A stretch of 61,280 nucleotides of DNA. Origin: a virus. Its lineage: Duplodnaviria; Caudoviricetes. The position numbers and the translations under genes were made by a program. Positions 46,811-57,597 of this stretch are shown in pieces. Under the pieces are notes generated by a model. The model made no database searches and had not been told where the DNA came from. It worked only from the letters and a program-made list of their open reading frames with translations. How positions within the stretch are numbered: the first letter of the stretch is position 1; the number at the start of each line of letters is the position of its first letter. Location of the stretch: the IMG/VR virus record IMGVR_UViG_3300037483_001128, positions 1 through 61,280 of that record; one strand, written 5' to 3'.

Positions 46811-47021
46811 TTACCCGGACTGTGCATTTCGTACCGCGATAGTCGTACTGTAGGTCATCCGGAACCGATCCGGTAACCGCCAGTTGGCACCCGTCAGCGC
46901 CCATACCGACTACAGAGAGGGGACCACTATCGGCGTTGTACTCGGTGACCCGAACAATAATGTCCGAGGCAGCACACGCAGTCAGGATAAACAGCACTAG
47001 CAAAACGGATACTTTTTTCAT
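46770..47021 (-). CDS. Small lipoprotein (possible lysis accessory/spanin)
   Basis: MKK, hydrophobic stretch and LTAC lipobox. Confidence 0.7.
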   Translation of the reverse strand: MKKVSVLLVLFILTACAASDIIVRVTEYNADSGPLSVVGMGADGCQLAVTGSVPDDLQYDYRGTKCTVRVNGEPSDVPESPSR

Positions 47022-47392
47022 CTTCGTTGTCCTCGTATTTCGTATTGAATTTCCTGCAAGAGGTTCATTGTGGTTCGGTGGTTCTGTTCATTCTGTTTCT
47101 GAAAGACATCGTGCATTTCGCGAGTGTGGTTCACGACTTGATGAACCTGCTGGACCTCGCTTCGGAGATTCTGGATTTCAATTGCCTGAGACCCTACCTC
47201 CTCCATCAGGATCGGATGCGCGTATTCGTCTCGATTGTGGCCGTGCAGCGCACGGTGTACAGAACTTTTAGTCACCGCGAGAATCCAGGCAGATACGAAC
47301 ATGGATACGATGCTGGCGGCTTGTAGCACTACTCCCCAGTCCCAGTTCTTTTCCACAACGCAGTACCCCTCTTTGCACGTTTTATCTTTCAT
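47018..47392 (-). CDS. Single-TM coiled-coil protein (holin or lysis candidate)
   Basis: N-terminal TM segment and coiled coil; next to the lipoprotein. Confidence 0.55.
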   Translation of the reverse strand: MKDKTCKEGYCVVEKNWDWGVVLQAASIVSMFVSAWILAVTKSSVHRALHGHNRDEYAHPILMEEVGSQAIEIQNLRSEVQQVHQVVNHTREMHDVFQKQNEQNHRTTMNLLQEIQYEIRGQRR

Positions 47393-50300
47393 CGACGAAC
47401 CTGAGTTCGCGGGCCAGGTACCGCAAATTCTTGTTGAGATTTATACCAGAAAACGATTCCCGACTGTAGCGTTGGCGCTGCTCGACGGAATTCGTCAAAG
47501 TTTCACTGGTCAAGGGATACGCACGGTTTGACTGATTATACTTCTTAATTCTTTCTTGAACCTTTTTGATATCAGTTCGATCACCGCCTTCGAGGGCCAT
47601 CCAGTACCGGGTCAGAAGAGTCGACCGGAGGTTCAGGATGTGCTGTTCTTGTCTCTTTATCGCCCTGTTTTGCTCGTAGCGTGTCGAAACCTGTTCGGGG
47701 GTGAAGCCCAATACCTGATAAAACAGGTCCGGGGCTCCAAAGTTTTCCCGGGGCACCAGCGGATCCCCGCGGAAGTTTGTCAGACCCTCGTCCAGGTACC
47801 TCAAGGCCCGAACACTGTCCTTCATCGTTTTGGGCATGAAGTGCTCCCAGCCGCGATCATAACCCTGCATAAGCTGGCTGGCGCCCTTGAAGGGCGCGGC
47901 CAGCATCTTTAAGTTGGCTCCCGCCATTTCAGTTGCGTAATAGTAGAATTTGCCTTCCAGGTCCTCGTCGGTTAACGGCTCCCGAAACCACAAGCCGTTC
48001 AGGGTGACGCGGGACGCGATATCCGCTCCGGTAAAGGCGCTCACCGGGCCTTTTACTACTGCCGTTGCCAGGCTTTCGCCCCACGTCTGCGCGAGATATG
48101 TTCTGAGTTCAGTCTCGAAATCATACTTTTCATCGTCTTCCCCCAGCAAGGCTCCCGCAAGCATGCCCACCGCCCAGAACATCGGCAGACCGCTGGCGCC
48201 GGCAAAAACAGCGGTCATGCCGACCACACCAGTCAATCGGCGTCGGGCTTCCAGATACTGCTCTTTTTGACCGTCCTTTTTGAACGACCGCAGCGTATCA
48301 ATCGAGTCCCGAATAAGCCGATACGTCATATTCAAGGCGTGCTGACGGAACAGGAACGCGACTTTTCCGATGTCGCTCTGCAACAGGGTCGGACGATTCG
48401 CGGCCGTGTAGTCGAAATGCGCCTGGTACACGGCTTTCTTGGCTATCGCCGTTGACTCTGTCACGCCAAGCCCATCCTGACGCGCCAGTCTGAACGCCGC
48501 CATGCCCGTGACTTCGCGGTTCCAGACTTCGGCAGAGTGGAACATAGCCCCTAACTTTTCGCTTATCGCGTAGCCCGAACCCGTATACTTGTCGCCTGCT
48601 TCGGCGATGCCGAGAACGTCGTGACTTTGTGTTTTGTCGAACGCACCTTCGACATGCATGGTTTGGTAGAAATCCAGTTCTTCCTGTACCCGGCGACGTT
48701 CGCCAACGTTCTTGGCGTTTTTGAGTCTTTCTTTCAACAGTTCTTCGTATGTGTACTTGTCTCGCAGGAAAATCGCTTTGGTCTTCACGCGCGATGCCAT
48801 ATTCTTGCGCGCTATCGTCAGATGATCGTTTGACGCAGACAATAGTGCCTTGGTTGCCCGAAGCATGCCAACCCCTTTGCGCGCAGCAATGACCGGGGCG
48901 CCCATAACGGCTGTTTGGGTCAAGTTGACCAGCGCTGCGGCCGGCGTCGCGCCGAGATACCAGGCAAAGCCAAGTCTGTTCAGATTGTTCGCCCACGCCG
49001 CGGTTTTCGGATTCATGGCCCATTCGTGTCGGGAACGGACCTCACGCGCGACCGGGTTCAGCCAACTGTCTTTCTCGAGACCGCCAGCCGCAACGATCTG
49101 TTGGTCCATCTGCGCAATGTTCCTCTGCATGGCCGTGACATGGTACATCTTGGCCAGCTGGTGCGCGCCGTGGAACATCGTAAACGCGAAACCCTTGACA
49201 ATATCACGACTGTACCCCTCACGACCCTTGCGGTGCAGCATGTGTTTACGAATAGATGCCTCGGGCAGTGACATCAAGAACAGCTGATGCACCTGATCCT
49301 GGATAAGCACCCGTTCGTTGGCATCCGCTACCTTGGAGAGCGTGTCCTGCACTTTCTGGAAAAACGTTGGGTCGATATGGCTGACGCCAGCGTTGAGTTC
49401 AGTACCTATCATGCCAGATTTGATGTCGTACCCCGGGGCCGCTTTACGCAAGGCGTCAATGAACTCCCGGGCTTCTTCGGACGTCTCGAAGCGCGAGAAA
49501 ATGCGCTCGGCAGTTTTCCCCGCACCTTTCACGGCGGATACCCAATAGTCTCCGAAACGATACAACGGAAAGTAGGGATCGGGCAGCTTGTTCGCCTCCA
49601 GCAATTCCCGAATCTTGGTGGCGTCCAGACCGGATATTTGTCGAGCCTTGCGGCCTTCCTCTTCTGCACTTTCGTTTTCCGCGGCTTGAGCGTCTTCCAG
49701 TTCCTGGATGCGAATTTTAATGGCGTCGGTCATGTCGTCATACAGACGTTTGTGAGCGTCCCGCATGCGCTCAAAGAGGCGCTGGGCCTCTTTTCCGTTG
49801 GGTTCGGTACCAAGTGCGTCCCACATTTCTTTCAGTCGTGGGTACTCTGACCGGTACGTTTGGCCGCGTCCGGAGTCATACGGTTTTGACGGATCTACGT
49901 TAGCCCGGGTAGCTTCGTTTTCGAGGTCGGCCAGTTTCTGGACGACCGGACCGTCTTTGTAGTTCAGTTCTTCAAGTTCTTTTACCTCTTCGGCGTACTT
50001 CGACAGCATGCGTGACTTGGTCGCTTCCATACGCTGTGCTTCCGATACCCAAGCACTGACAGCAGGAATGTCTCGTGCAAAATCTGGCAGGTAGGTCCGA
50101 GGCACAGACTTGAGCACGCCATTGATAGCGCTGTCTTTTAATTTGCCTTTCAGAATTTTGTTAATCGCCTCGCGCGCGGAGAAAGTGTCCCGGGCTTTTT
50201 GCGAGGTAATAACCGCACTGGCTTTATTGAAAACGCTTTTGGCCGATGTTGGGTTTGAATCAATCCGATTAGCGTCGGCGCCACCTTTTTTCAGACGGTT

Positions 50301-53300
50301 GCCGGGCTCGTCTTCGGCGACGGTTATGTCTTCGTACAGAATGCGGGGATCGTCCGGGTCAAAGGTACCCCGGTTGCCGATGGCTGATTTAGCCTGCGTC
50401 GATAATTGCGTGACATATACTGTCGATACCGTTGCGTCTTTAGTGTACGCGCTGTCCTTCACGTTCTTGACGATCAAGCCGTCGTAGCCGTGTTCGGCGG
50501 CCCAAGTGGACGCTTTTTCAACACTCACCGCGTTCTCGGGCATGTGGCCAAATACGTGCGGCTTGTATGCCTGCCACGGAACCGGGAGATTTCGGTAGCT
50601 GTAACCTTTTGCGTCAATGATCAACGGATTCTGCAGCGAGAGATAGACGGGAAATATCGCACCGGTGATTCTTGGCGATAGCCATCCATTGCGGGGTCGC
50701 GTGTAGCCTTCCGCGATTTCCGGCTTATCCGTGTAAAAATGACCGCTCTCGCTGTCTGAGGGTGTACCGCGGTACACCACCAAGGGCTTGCCTTTCTTGT
50801 CCACCACCTTACTGTCGCCAAACCAGCGTTGGAACGCCGGTGTCTGAGTTTGATCGCTTACAGGTGCTTCTTTCGACGTGTGCACATCCCGACGTGCTTG
50901 ATACTCCTCATCGAACACTTTTTTCCACTTCTGATTGTCCGAGAGTCCGCGAGGACCTGAATCAAGAACTTCAATTTCAGCCCCTTCCCAATTTCGGCGC
51001 GCACGTTCGAGTGCATGCGGCGTGTTCAATCCACGCATGGCGTCGGTAAAAACTTGTGCGTCTTGTTCAGAACCTTCGGGAGGAAACGTAACCCGCACTA
51101 TAATTTCATGCTTGTAGTTTTGATCGTCCCATCCCTTCGTGCGCTCCGGATATTTTGAATAACCCATAAGAGAGTCTGGTGCGGTTCCGTATGGTCTTTT
51201 CGGGGACTCTTCTTCGCCCAAGAACGAATCGCCTGGATCGCCTACGCCAGGCCATCCCTCACTGATCCAGCCCCCACCGGTAGACCCCATTTCGGCTCTC
51301 GTGCGGGTTTTCGAGTCTTGCTGAATATCGACTTCCGTAATGATCTGGTCCGTAACCGCTAACAGGTCTGAAAACATCGAGTGTTCGTTGGGACTCGCAC
51401 CGAGGAATTTCAGCAGCGCCTCAACGAATGCGGTCCATAGCGTTTTGTTTTCCCCGGGCATCTTGACCGTCATCATGTACGCACGTACTTCGGAATCAGA
51501 CAGTCCCCAGGTAATCGTTTCGTGTTCTTTCAGGATCTCTTTAGTCAGTCCGAGCATGCGCAGTGACAAGGTTCCGGCGTCGGCATCAAGACGCAGTTGT
51601 TTCCGCAAGTGGTTCTGAATGTGCAGAAGACGTCTATATGCCGCGCGACCATTCTCGGTCTTGCCTCCTTTAGCCCTGATCAACTCTTTTGTCGCCAAAT
51701 GGAGTGCTTCGTGAACGGCGGTCTGCTCCCGAAAGCCTCCGTTTTGTTCGAGCAACCCCATTCGGTGCACGCCTTGTTGAGTCCAGACGAAACCCCGGGC
51801 GCTGTATATCCGTCGATCGTTTGGTAGCATCCCGGTCCGGATAGCCTCTGAAACGCCGCGAGTGCGGACGCCTATCAAGGGCCAATCGGCCAACGGAACC
51901 AGTCGTGCCGCCAGTACGCGTGTATAGGGGTCCAACGATCTCTGACTGATCCACTTCATCAAGTCCGCGGCGGACTTGAACCGGGAGACGGCGTCCGCAA
52001 ACAGCGGCGTGTTCTGTTCTTTTACCGCATCTGCGAATTCGACTTCGGATAGCATCAGCCCCGAACCATTCTTGGGTCCGGCAGATTTTGGACCCTCATC
52101 ACGAGAGAAGACTGGAACTTTCGTGTCCCCTGTTTTCAGCCACTGTTTGAACTCCGATAGCGACATTTCGACAACAGGAGGCGGCGCGCGGCCGTCCGAA
52201 TAGTTGGCCGCATACGCACGGGAGGCGGATCCTTTATCCTTGAAAGAAACGAGAGCCTTGTGCTCGTCGAAGGACCCGTCAGGGCGGTACTGGTTCACCA
52301 CAAATACTTTGTCGCTTGTCGAGTCTGAACCCACAAACACGTCTACCTGTTCGCCGTCAGCCCCCTCAGTGCGCTTGACGTATCCGTAGTGGTGTTTCAT
52401 GTCCACGGTCCACGATCGGCCTTTGGTGTCGGTACCTGTGCGGGTAGACCCTTTCGGATTCTCGATCGTGATGTCCAGACCCTGCACTTTAACGTGACCT
52501 TTCCGGTAGTTGCCGGCCTCTTTTTGGGCTTCTGTGGGCTCTGGAAGGTCATTGACAGGCGACGTTGCGGCCTGGTTGGCCGCCGCGTCGATCGACGCCG
52601 GAGCGGATGTTACGGGCGCCGACGGTGCCCGGGCTTTGTCCGGTTTCTTCTCCGGCGTTTTGAAAAACCGAGGAAACAGTTCCGCAGCGTCGCGCCCTGC
52701 CCATTCTTCACTGCGGGATTTGGCACCCTCAAGGACCTTACCCAAATCCCAGCCGCGCGCCTGGGCGTGTCTCAAGGCGCTGGTGATACCAGCGTATTCC
52801 GGTGTCTGCTTGAAATCCGACCGGTCAACATCTTTGAACCACAGAGAAATGCTGCGGCCCATGGCTTCCGGCGACGTATCGTCGAACTGGCCTACATAGT
52901 TGCGGAGCTGCTCGAGCCGGGATTCGTCGGCGTACTGGGACTGCAGCTGCGTATACTGATCGGCGTTCAGGGTATTTTCCACCCACTCGTCGCGCTTGCC
53001 GTACTGGCCGGGGCGCGACTTTGGCAGCGCCTTGTAAACGTCGTATTCCGCGGGCGTCAGGTTCGTCCGGATAAACTCATCTTCGACCCGGTTGTTGTAG
53101 TCCCGGGCTTTCGCGTGCAGGTCGCCGACGTCCATACCGGCCAGTTCGTCGCCGCTGGCCTGGGAGAGTCGGCGAATGTCGTCCGGGTCCGGCGGGGCTA
53201 CGGCAGGGGTGCCGGGCATGGGGGACTTTGTCACGTCCACGCTGGGCATTGGTGCCGCTGAAACCGGCGTTTCTACTGGCGGTGCCGCGATAGTGCCTGC

Positions 53301-54986
53301 TGACTCAGCCCCTGCCGGTTGGGGGGCTTTGTCAGCCGGTTTTTGGCTAGACTGGTACTGCCGCAGGTTTTTCATGACCTGCTGCGGGATACGGCCGGAA
53401 AACGTCGTCACGCCGCCCGTCTCGGGATTCGTAATAGCAACCGAATGAACGGAACCTTTGCCGGTGTCGGACCGCTGAACCGTGTATGTAGCGCCGGGGA
53501 TCCTGCTGCTCAATTTGGCGATACGCGCGTCTTCGTCAGGCTTCCCGTCGATCGGCGACGCCATGGTCTCTTTGCCGACCAACGGCGCGTAGGCTGCGCG
53601 CACAGCGTCTGCCTGCGTACGTTGTTGTACTTCCCCGGCCAGGGCGGTTTCCTGACCCCTGAGAGTGTCCAGTTCAGCTACTTTGGCTGTCGGATCCGTA
53701 GCCCCAATGTCGGTGGCCAGGCCGGATTGAAGAGCCTGAATGCCGCTGGTGACTGCAGACAGGTCCTCCGCAGCCAGTTCCGTCGATCGCGCCAAAAGAC
53801 GACTGTGATACTCAAATGCCTCGCGCAAGCGAAGCTCGAGGTCGACCTTCCGGGACAGATTTTGCTCTTCGTCGGTGATGTCTCGCGCACGCTGCAAGGC
53901 TGCCGCGGCGGCAGCGTTTTCCTGCTCCAGCAGGTCACCGCCCCGAGCACGGACCTCGGCTCGAGCATTTTCCTGCACCGCGCGCAAATCATCAGTGAAC
54001 GACAGTTCAGGCTCTCTTTGGTTGAGATTCCTGTTTCGACCGCGGGTCAACAGATTGGCGCCCCCACCGATCACGCCTCCGCCGATGCCTCCCAGTAACG
54101 TAGCGTTAATGATCTCCTCGCGGCCTTCCGTAGACAGCACCTCGTAGTTTTCGTCGACAGTCGCCACGGCCGCACGCTCGAGCACGGTTTGCAGAAGCTC
54201 CGTGCCGCCCTCAGCACCCATCTGTTCGACGATATCCCGGGTCAAACTCTTGGCTACTTTGTTGATCATGTCGTCTTCGAGACCGAACTTCGACAACACC
54301 CGGAACGCCGGATATGCGTCCAGCGCACCGGTCAACACCCCGAAAGTCAGGGCCGTTCCGGGTCGCTTTTCGCCGGTCTCGTCCAGTATCTCCGGGTAGA
54401 TAGAACCGGTCTGCAGGCCAGTGCTGCTGGTGAGTGCGCCCAAACCCTGACCGAGGGTTGTCGCCCGGCCCAGCGCTGCCGCTTTCGCCTGCGCCTCCGT
54501 AAGCCCCTTGGCGACCCCACGGGCTACCTGCCGCTCCATGAACGACGAAACGCCGCGCGTCGCGATCCGGCGCGCCAGAATGCCGCCGACGCCGCCAGTC
54601 AGGAGACTGGGAACAATCATGGGGACCAGTGTACCGACGCCATGCGCGGCGTAGTCGATCGCCTCGCCGACGCCGCCAACGTCTTTGTAGGAGCCTACCC
54701 GAGCTTTGTTCTGTTCGGCTTCCTGCAGGTTGCGGTCATAGACCTCGAGACCCCAGTCCCACAGTTTGTCAGACCCGATCACGTCGCCCGCCATAGCGGT
54801 GAGACCGCCGCCCAGCGCCTGCAGTTGGTCTACACCGGCCGCGGTGCCTTTACCGAACTCCTTCAATGGGTTCGCCCAGCCGGGCTCTTCTTCGGTGCGA
54901 GGAGGGGTTCTACCGGGACGGTAGATCTGAGGTCGGGCTACCGACTCCGTTGGTTTGGGACTGACCCAGTCGATGCCTGATGCCAT
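47382..54986 (-). CDS. Giant internal virion/ejection polyvalent protein (iPPase, zincin, ART-PolyVal, PLxRFG and LPD39-like domains)
   Basis: AQKEAGNY...ENPKGS...YGY...GADG...DEHK; HEALH; FQRWFGDSKVVD...NRGTFDP; YFPLYRFG; AAALVNLTQ. Confidence 0.88.
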   Translation of the reverse strand: MASGIDWVSPKPTESVARPQIYRPGRTPPRTEEEPGWANPLKEFGKGTAAGVDQLQALGGGLTAMAGDVIGSDKLWDWGLEVYDRNLQEAEQNKARVGSYKDVGGVGEAIDYAAHGVGTLVPMIVPSLLTGGVGGILARRIATRGVSSFMERQVARGVAKGLTEAQAKAAALGRATTLGQGLGALTSSTGLQTGSIYPEILDETGEKRPGTALTFGVLTGALDAYPAFRVLSKFGLEDDMINKVAKSLTRDIVEQMGAEGGTELLQTVLERAAVATVDENYEVLSTEGREEIINATLLGGIGGGVIGGGANLLTRGRNRNLNQREPELSFTDDLRAVQENARAEVRARGGDLLEQENAAAAAALQRARDITDEEQNLSRKVDLELRLREAFEYHSRLLARSTELAAEDLSAVTSGIQALQSGLATDIGATDPTAKVAELDTLRGQETALAGEVQQRTQADAVRAAYAPLVGKETMASPIDGKPDEDARIAKLSSRIPGATYTVQRSDTGKGSVHSVAITNPETGGVTTFSGRIPQQVMKNLRQYQSSQKPADKAPQPAGAESAGTIAAPPVETPVSAAPMPSVDVTKSPMPGTPAVAPPDPDDIRRLSQASGDELAGMDVGDLHAKARDYNNRVEDEFIRTNLTPAEYDVYKALPKSRPGQYGKRDEWVENTLNADQYTQLQSQYADESRLEQLRNYVGQFDDTSPEAMGRSISLWFKDVDRSDFKQTPEYAGITSALRHAQARGWDLGKVLEGAKSRSEEWAGRDAAELFPRFFKTPEKKPDKARAPSAPVTSAPASIDAAANQAATSPVNDLPEPTEAQKEAGNYRKGHVKVQGLDITIENPKGSTRTGTDTKGRSWTVDMKHHYGYVKRTEGADGEQVDVFVGSDSTSDKVFVVNQYRPDGSFDEHKALVSFKDKGSASRAYAANYSDGRAPPPVVEMSLSEFKQWLKTGDTKVPVFSRDEGPKSAGPKNGSGLMLSEVEFADAVKEQNTPLFADAVSRFKSAADLMKWISQRSLDPYTRVLAARLVPLADWPLIGVRTRGVSEAIRTGMLPNDRRIYSARGFVWTQQGVHRMGLLEQNGGFREQTAVHEALHLATKELIRAKGGKTENGRAAYRRLLHIQNHLRKQLRLDADAGTLSLRMLGLTKEILKEHETITWGLSDSEVRAYMMTVKMPGENKTLWTAFVEALLKFLGASPNEHSMFSDLLAVTDQIITEVDIQQDSKTRTRAEMGSTGGGWISEGWPGVGDPGDSFLGEEESPKRPYGTAPDSLMGYSKYPERTKGWDDQNYKHEIIVRVTFPPEGSEQDAQVFTDAMRGLNTPHALERARRNWEGAEIEVLDSGPRGLSDNQKWKKVFDEEYQARRDVHTSKEAPVSDQTQTPAFQRWFGDSKVVDKKGKPLVVYRGTPSDSESGHFYTDKPEIAEGYTRPRNGWLSPRITGAIFPVYLSLQNPLIIDAKGYSYRNLPVPWQAYKPHVFGHMPENAVSVEKASTWAAEHGYDGLIVKNVKDSAYTKDATVSTVYVTQLSTQAKSAIGNRGTFDPDDPRILYEDITVAEDEPGNRLKKGGADANRIDSNPTSAKSVFNKASAVITSQKARDTFSAREAINKILKGKLKDSAINGVLKSVPRTYLPDFARDIPAVSAWVSEAQRMEATKSRMLSKYAEEVKELEELNYKDGPVVQKLADLENEATRANVDPSKPYDSGRGQTYRSEYPRLKEMWDALGTEPNGKEAQRLFERMRDAHKRLYDDMTDAIKIRIQELEDAQAAENESAEEEGRKARQISGLDATKIRELLEANKLPDPYFPLYRFGDYWVSAVKGAGKTAERIFSRFETSEEAREFIDALRKAAPGYDIKSGMIGTELNAGVSHIDPTFFQKVQDTLSKVADANERVLIQDQVHQLFLMSLPEASIRKHMLHRKGREGYSRDIVKGFAFTMFHGAHQLAKMYHVTAMQRNIAQMDQQIVAAGGLEKDSWLNPVAREVRSRHEWAMNPKTAAWANNLNRLGFAWYLGATPAAALVNLTQTAVMGAPVIAARKGVGMLRATKALLSASNDHLTIARKNMASRVKTKAIFLRDKYTYEELLKERLKNAKNVGERRRVQEELDFYQTMHVEGAFDKTQSHDVLGIAEAGDKYTGSGYAISEKLGAMFHSAEVWNREVTGMAAFRLARQDGLGVTESTAIAKKAVYQAHFDYTAANRPTLLQSDIGKVAFLFRQHALNMTYRLIRDSIDTLRSFKKDGQKEQYLEARRRLTGVVGMTAVFAGASGLPMFWAVGMLAGALLGEDDEKYDFETELRTYLAQTWGESLATAVVKGPVSAFTGADIASRVTLNGLWFREPLTDEDLEGKFYYYATEMAGANLKMLAAPFKGASQLMQGYDRGWEHFMPKTMKDSVRALRYLDEGLTNFRGDPLVPRENFGAPDLFYQVLGFTPEQVSTRYEQNRAIKRQEQHILNLRSTLLTRYWMALEGGDRTDIKKVQERIKKYNQSNRAYPLTSETLTNSVEQRQRYSRESFSGINLNKNLRYLARELRFVDER

Positions 54987-54998
54987 GCAAGGTTCCCG

Positions 54999-56165
54999 TT
55001 ATCGCTGCGGCCAAACGCGTTCAGGTCGGGTAGGCGTAGCGCCCAGCCACTGCTCAACGATGGTCTTTTGCGTGGGCGTCAACAAACCGCTTTCCAAAGC
55101 GCGACGTACCCGGGGAGTGTTCCAGAAAGATCGACTCGGCATACGGCCGTCGTTCAGACCTTTGTCCAATAGCCACTGCACATCCCGGCGAGCCTGAATT
55201 TCACCAACGGTAATCGTACGGCGCTGTTCCGGCGTCAGATCGTTCAGACTCAGCAAGTTTGTCTGATCGGATGGCGTCTGCGCCGGCGTTGGTGTCCGGG
55301 TTGTGGCCTCGTCCTCTGGGGCTGGATTTTCGTCTTCGTTGCGCCACCAATCCTGAACGTCTTTCGGGAGGGCGCGGATGTCCAGTTCCCGGTCTGGGTA
55401 CAGGGACTCAAACTCTTGTTTGATTTCCTGCACCTTGGCTTTGCGACGCGCGCCCATAAGCCCTTCAAGAGCTTTGGCTGCGTTTATCTGGTACGCCTCG
55501 TTTTCGGACCGGGCGTCGAGTTCGTCCGGGGTCACAAGTCGACTGGTCGCAGGGTCGAAAATTTTGACCGTACCGTCAGGGAAAATCGCTACTGAGGTTT
55601 CGTAGGGCTCCATAAGACCGCTATCCGGGTTCAGTACCGGGGTCTTCATGTTATGAACCTTGACGTCGGGGTTCTGGGCCTGAATTTTGGCTTTCGCCTC
55701 TTCGAAATCAATTTGTCTTTGAACATCGTCAACGGCGTTTTGACGTGCGAAGCCTTGTTCGATCCCGGCAAGAGCCACAGCCTGCGTAAAGCGAGTCTGG
55801 GCGTCGGCGTCCTGGTTGGCCGCGCGGGCGCCTTCTTCCTCCATGCGCAAGCCATGTTCGAATTCGGCGCTCTCCCTGTTAATGCCCACCTGCGTTTCCA
55901 TGTTCTGCGTGTTGAAGCCCTGTTCAATACCACGCAACGCGACATTCTGGGTGAACCGGGTCTGGTCTGCAGCCGTGTTCGCCTCGATCTGCTGTTGATT
56001 CGCAGCCAAGGTGTTTGAATGACGCAAACCCTCCAGTTCTTTCTCCTGACTAAAACCATAGTCCGCGAGACGCTTCTGACGCGCTTCTTCGATGTGCGCG
56101 CCCAATAACTCGGAACTTGATTTTGCAGCTCCGTGCAGCGCTTTACGCAGCAAACCCTTGGCCAC
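54999..56165 (-). CDS. Putative internal virion/ejection protein
   Basis: Gln/Ala-rich helical protein with duplicated QTRFTQxVALxGIEQGF. Confidence 0.7.
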   Translation of the reverse strand: MAKGLLRKALHGAAKSSSELLGAHIEEARQKRLADYGFSQEKELEGLRHSNTLAANQQQIEANTAADQTRFTQNVALRGIEQGFNTQNMETQVGINRESAEFEHGLRMEEEGARAANQDADAQTRFTQAVALAGIEQGFARQNAVDDVQRQIDFEEAKAKIQAQNPDVKVHNMKTPVLNPDSGLMEPYETSVAIFPDGTVKIFDPATSRLVTPDELDARSENEAYQINAAKALEGLMGARRKAKVQEIKQEFESLYPDRELDIRALPKDVQDWWRNEDENPAPEDEATTRTPTPAQTPSDQTNLLSLNDLTPEQRRTITVGEIQARRDVQWLLDKGLNDGRMPSRSFWNTPRVRRALESGLLTPTQKTIVEQWLGATPTRPERVWPQR

Positions 56166-56733
56166 CGGTCACATCCTCATAAGTAGATTTCAAATCGCGC
56201 ACGTCTTTATCCGACAGACCCTCAGCAAGTCCCTCAAGCTCGGATTCTTCCATGCCGTAGGCTTTCATGACCGCTTCCTGCGTTCCCGCCAATGCCAGTT
56301 TCAAGTCTTGATCCGACATCTGGAATTTGCCGGAATTCGTAGCGACATCACTGACCATGTTAAACACTTCATGAGTCAGCGCGCCAATCGCGGCAACCGG
56401 CAAGTTTAACTTCTGGTCGATTTGCGTGACGATTGTCGATACCGCGCGGATCACTCCGTCTACGGGGCTATCGGCGCCGCCCAACATAGACATTACGCCC
56501 CCGTGACCCGCATCGTCTTCGTATATGACTCGAGCCGCTTCCTTTACCGCAGGCTCGAGCGCAGCCTGCTCTTCGGGGGTAGCGGGCTCTTCCCAGGGCA
56601 GCAGTTCGGTGTCGTCACTCTCCGGGGTTTCTTCACCCGACGCTATAGGCGCTGCCGATGCGGGGGTGACATCACCCGTCATTGTGGCTTCCTCAGTCGC
56701 AGGCGCTCCATTTGCTTGAGCCAAAAGCCCCAT
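56143..56733 (-). CDS. Acidic hypothetical virion-module protein
   Basis: GGAGG RBS; TAATG coupling. Confidence 0.7.
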   Translation of the reverse strand: MGLLAQANGAPATEEATMTGDVTPASAAPIASGEETPESDDTELLPWEEPATPEEQAALEPAVKEAARVIYEDDAGHGGVMSMLGGADSPVDGVIRAVSTIVTQIDQKLNLPVAAIGALTHEVFNMVSDVATNSGKFQMSDQDLKLALAGTQEAVMKAYGMEESELEGLAEGLSDKDVRDLKSTYEDVTGGQGFAA

Positions 56734-57581
56734 TACATACCTCCAGGTACGAGAGCGGCCGAACGGGTTTGGCCCTGTGCGTACAGCTCTTCGTTACGGC
56801 GACGCAATGCACTCAGGAGGCCACCGCCGCCTCCGAAAGGATCCGCGGACTGTGCGTTACCTGCGTTTTGCCACGCTTTGCGGGTATCTCGAATTTCATC
56901 ACTTCGCGTGTACTCATCCGGGGTGGTCATGGCCGCGATAGCGTCAACACCGATTTTGGTAAGTTCGGGGTTTTCTTGCGCCCACGTCAGTGCTCGCGAC
57001 AGGTATCCCGGACGATCGTTCGTCACCTGCGGAGTCGCTATCGGTGAAGAACCTTCCGGGACTGGGGTACGCGCGGAATCAATGGTTTTCAGTGTAGAGG
57101 TCGCCGAGGGCGATACGCTTTCCACGGGCGTCGCCGCGGACTGACCAGTGGGCGTCGGTACCGCTGTGGGGGTTTTGGCGAAAATGTTGGCCGCCGAATT
57201 CGCAATCGAATCTACCCGTGTCGACAAACCCTTGCCGAGATTCGTTGCGAAAGACCCCAGTGAATTGGCCCCAACGCCGCTCAGCGCACCGCCTGCAAGT
57301 TTCAAGCCGCCAGCGACGATGTCGAAGGGAGTGCGAATGATTTTCACACCGATATTCAGCAGATGTTTGCCGACGGCCGCCAATCCGGCAGATAAGCCCC
57401 CGGACTGGAACGCGGCGAGCACGGCACCGGCCCCGGTGAAAAAAGTCACCGCCATGAGAGCGCGGCGCACCCATTTGTTTTCCAGCGCTTTGCGGATCGG
57501 CTTGGTAATTGTTTTGAACGCTTTGGACACCCAAGAGCCTATTTTTTTCAGCCCTTTCTTGATGCTTGACAGAAGGCCCAT
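56733..57581 (-). CDS. Putative DNA pilot/ejection protein
   Basis: MGLLSSIKKGLKKIG amphipathic start followed by Gly/Ala-rich hydrophobic helices. Confidence 0.7.
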   Translation of the reverse strand: MGLLSSIKKGLKKIGSWVSKAFKTITKPIRKALENKWVRRALMAVTFFTGAGAVLAAFQSGGLSAGLAAVGKHLLNIGVKIIRTPFDIVAGGLKLAGGALSGVGANSLGSFATNLGKGLSTRVDSIANSAANIFAKTPTAVPTPTGQSAATPVESVSPSATSTLKTIDSARTPVPEGSSPIATPQVTNDRPGYLSRALTWAQENPELTKIGVDAIAAMTTPDEYTRSDEIRDTRKAWQNAGNAQSADPFGGGGGLLSALRRRNEELYAQGQTRSAALVPGGM

Positions 57582-57597
57582 GGAACGATCCTCTCCG

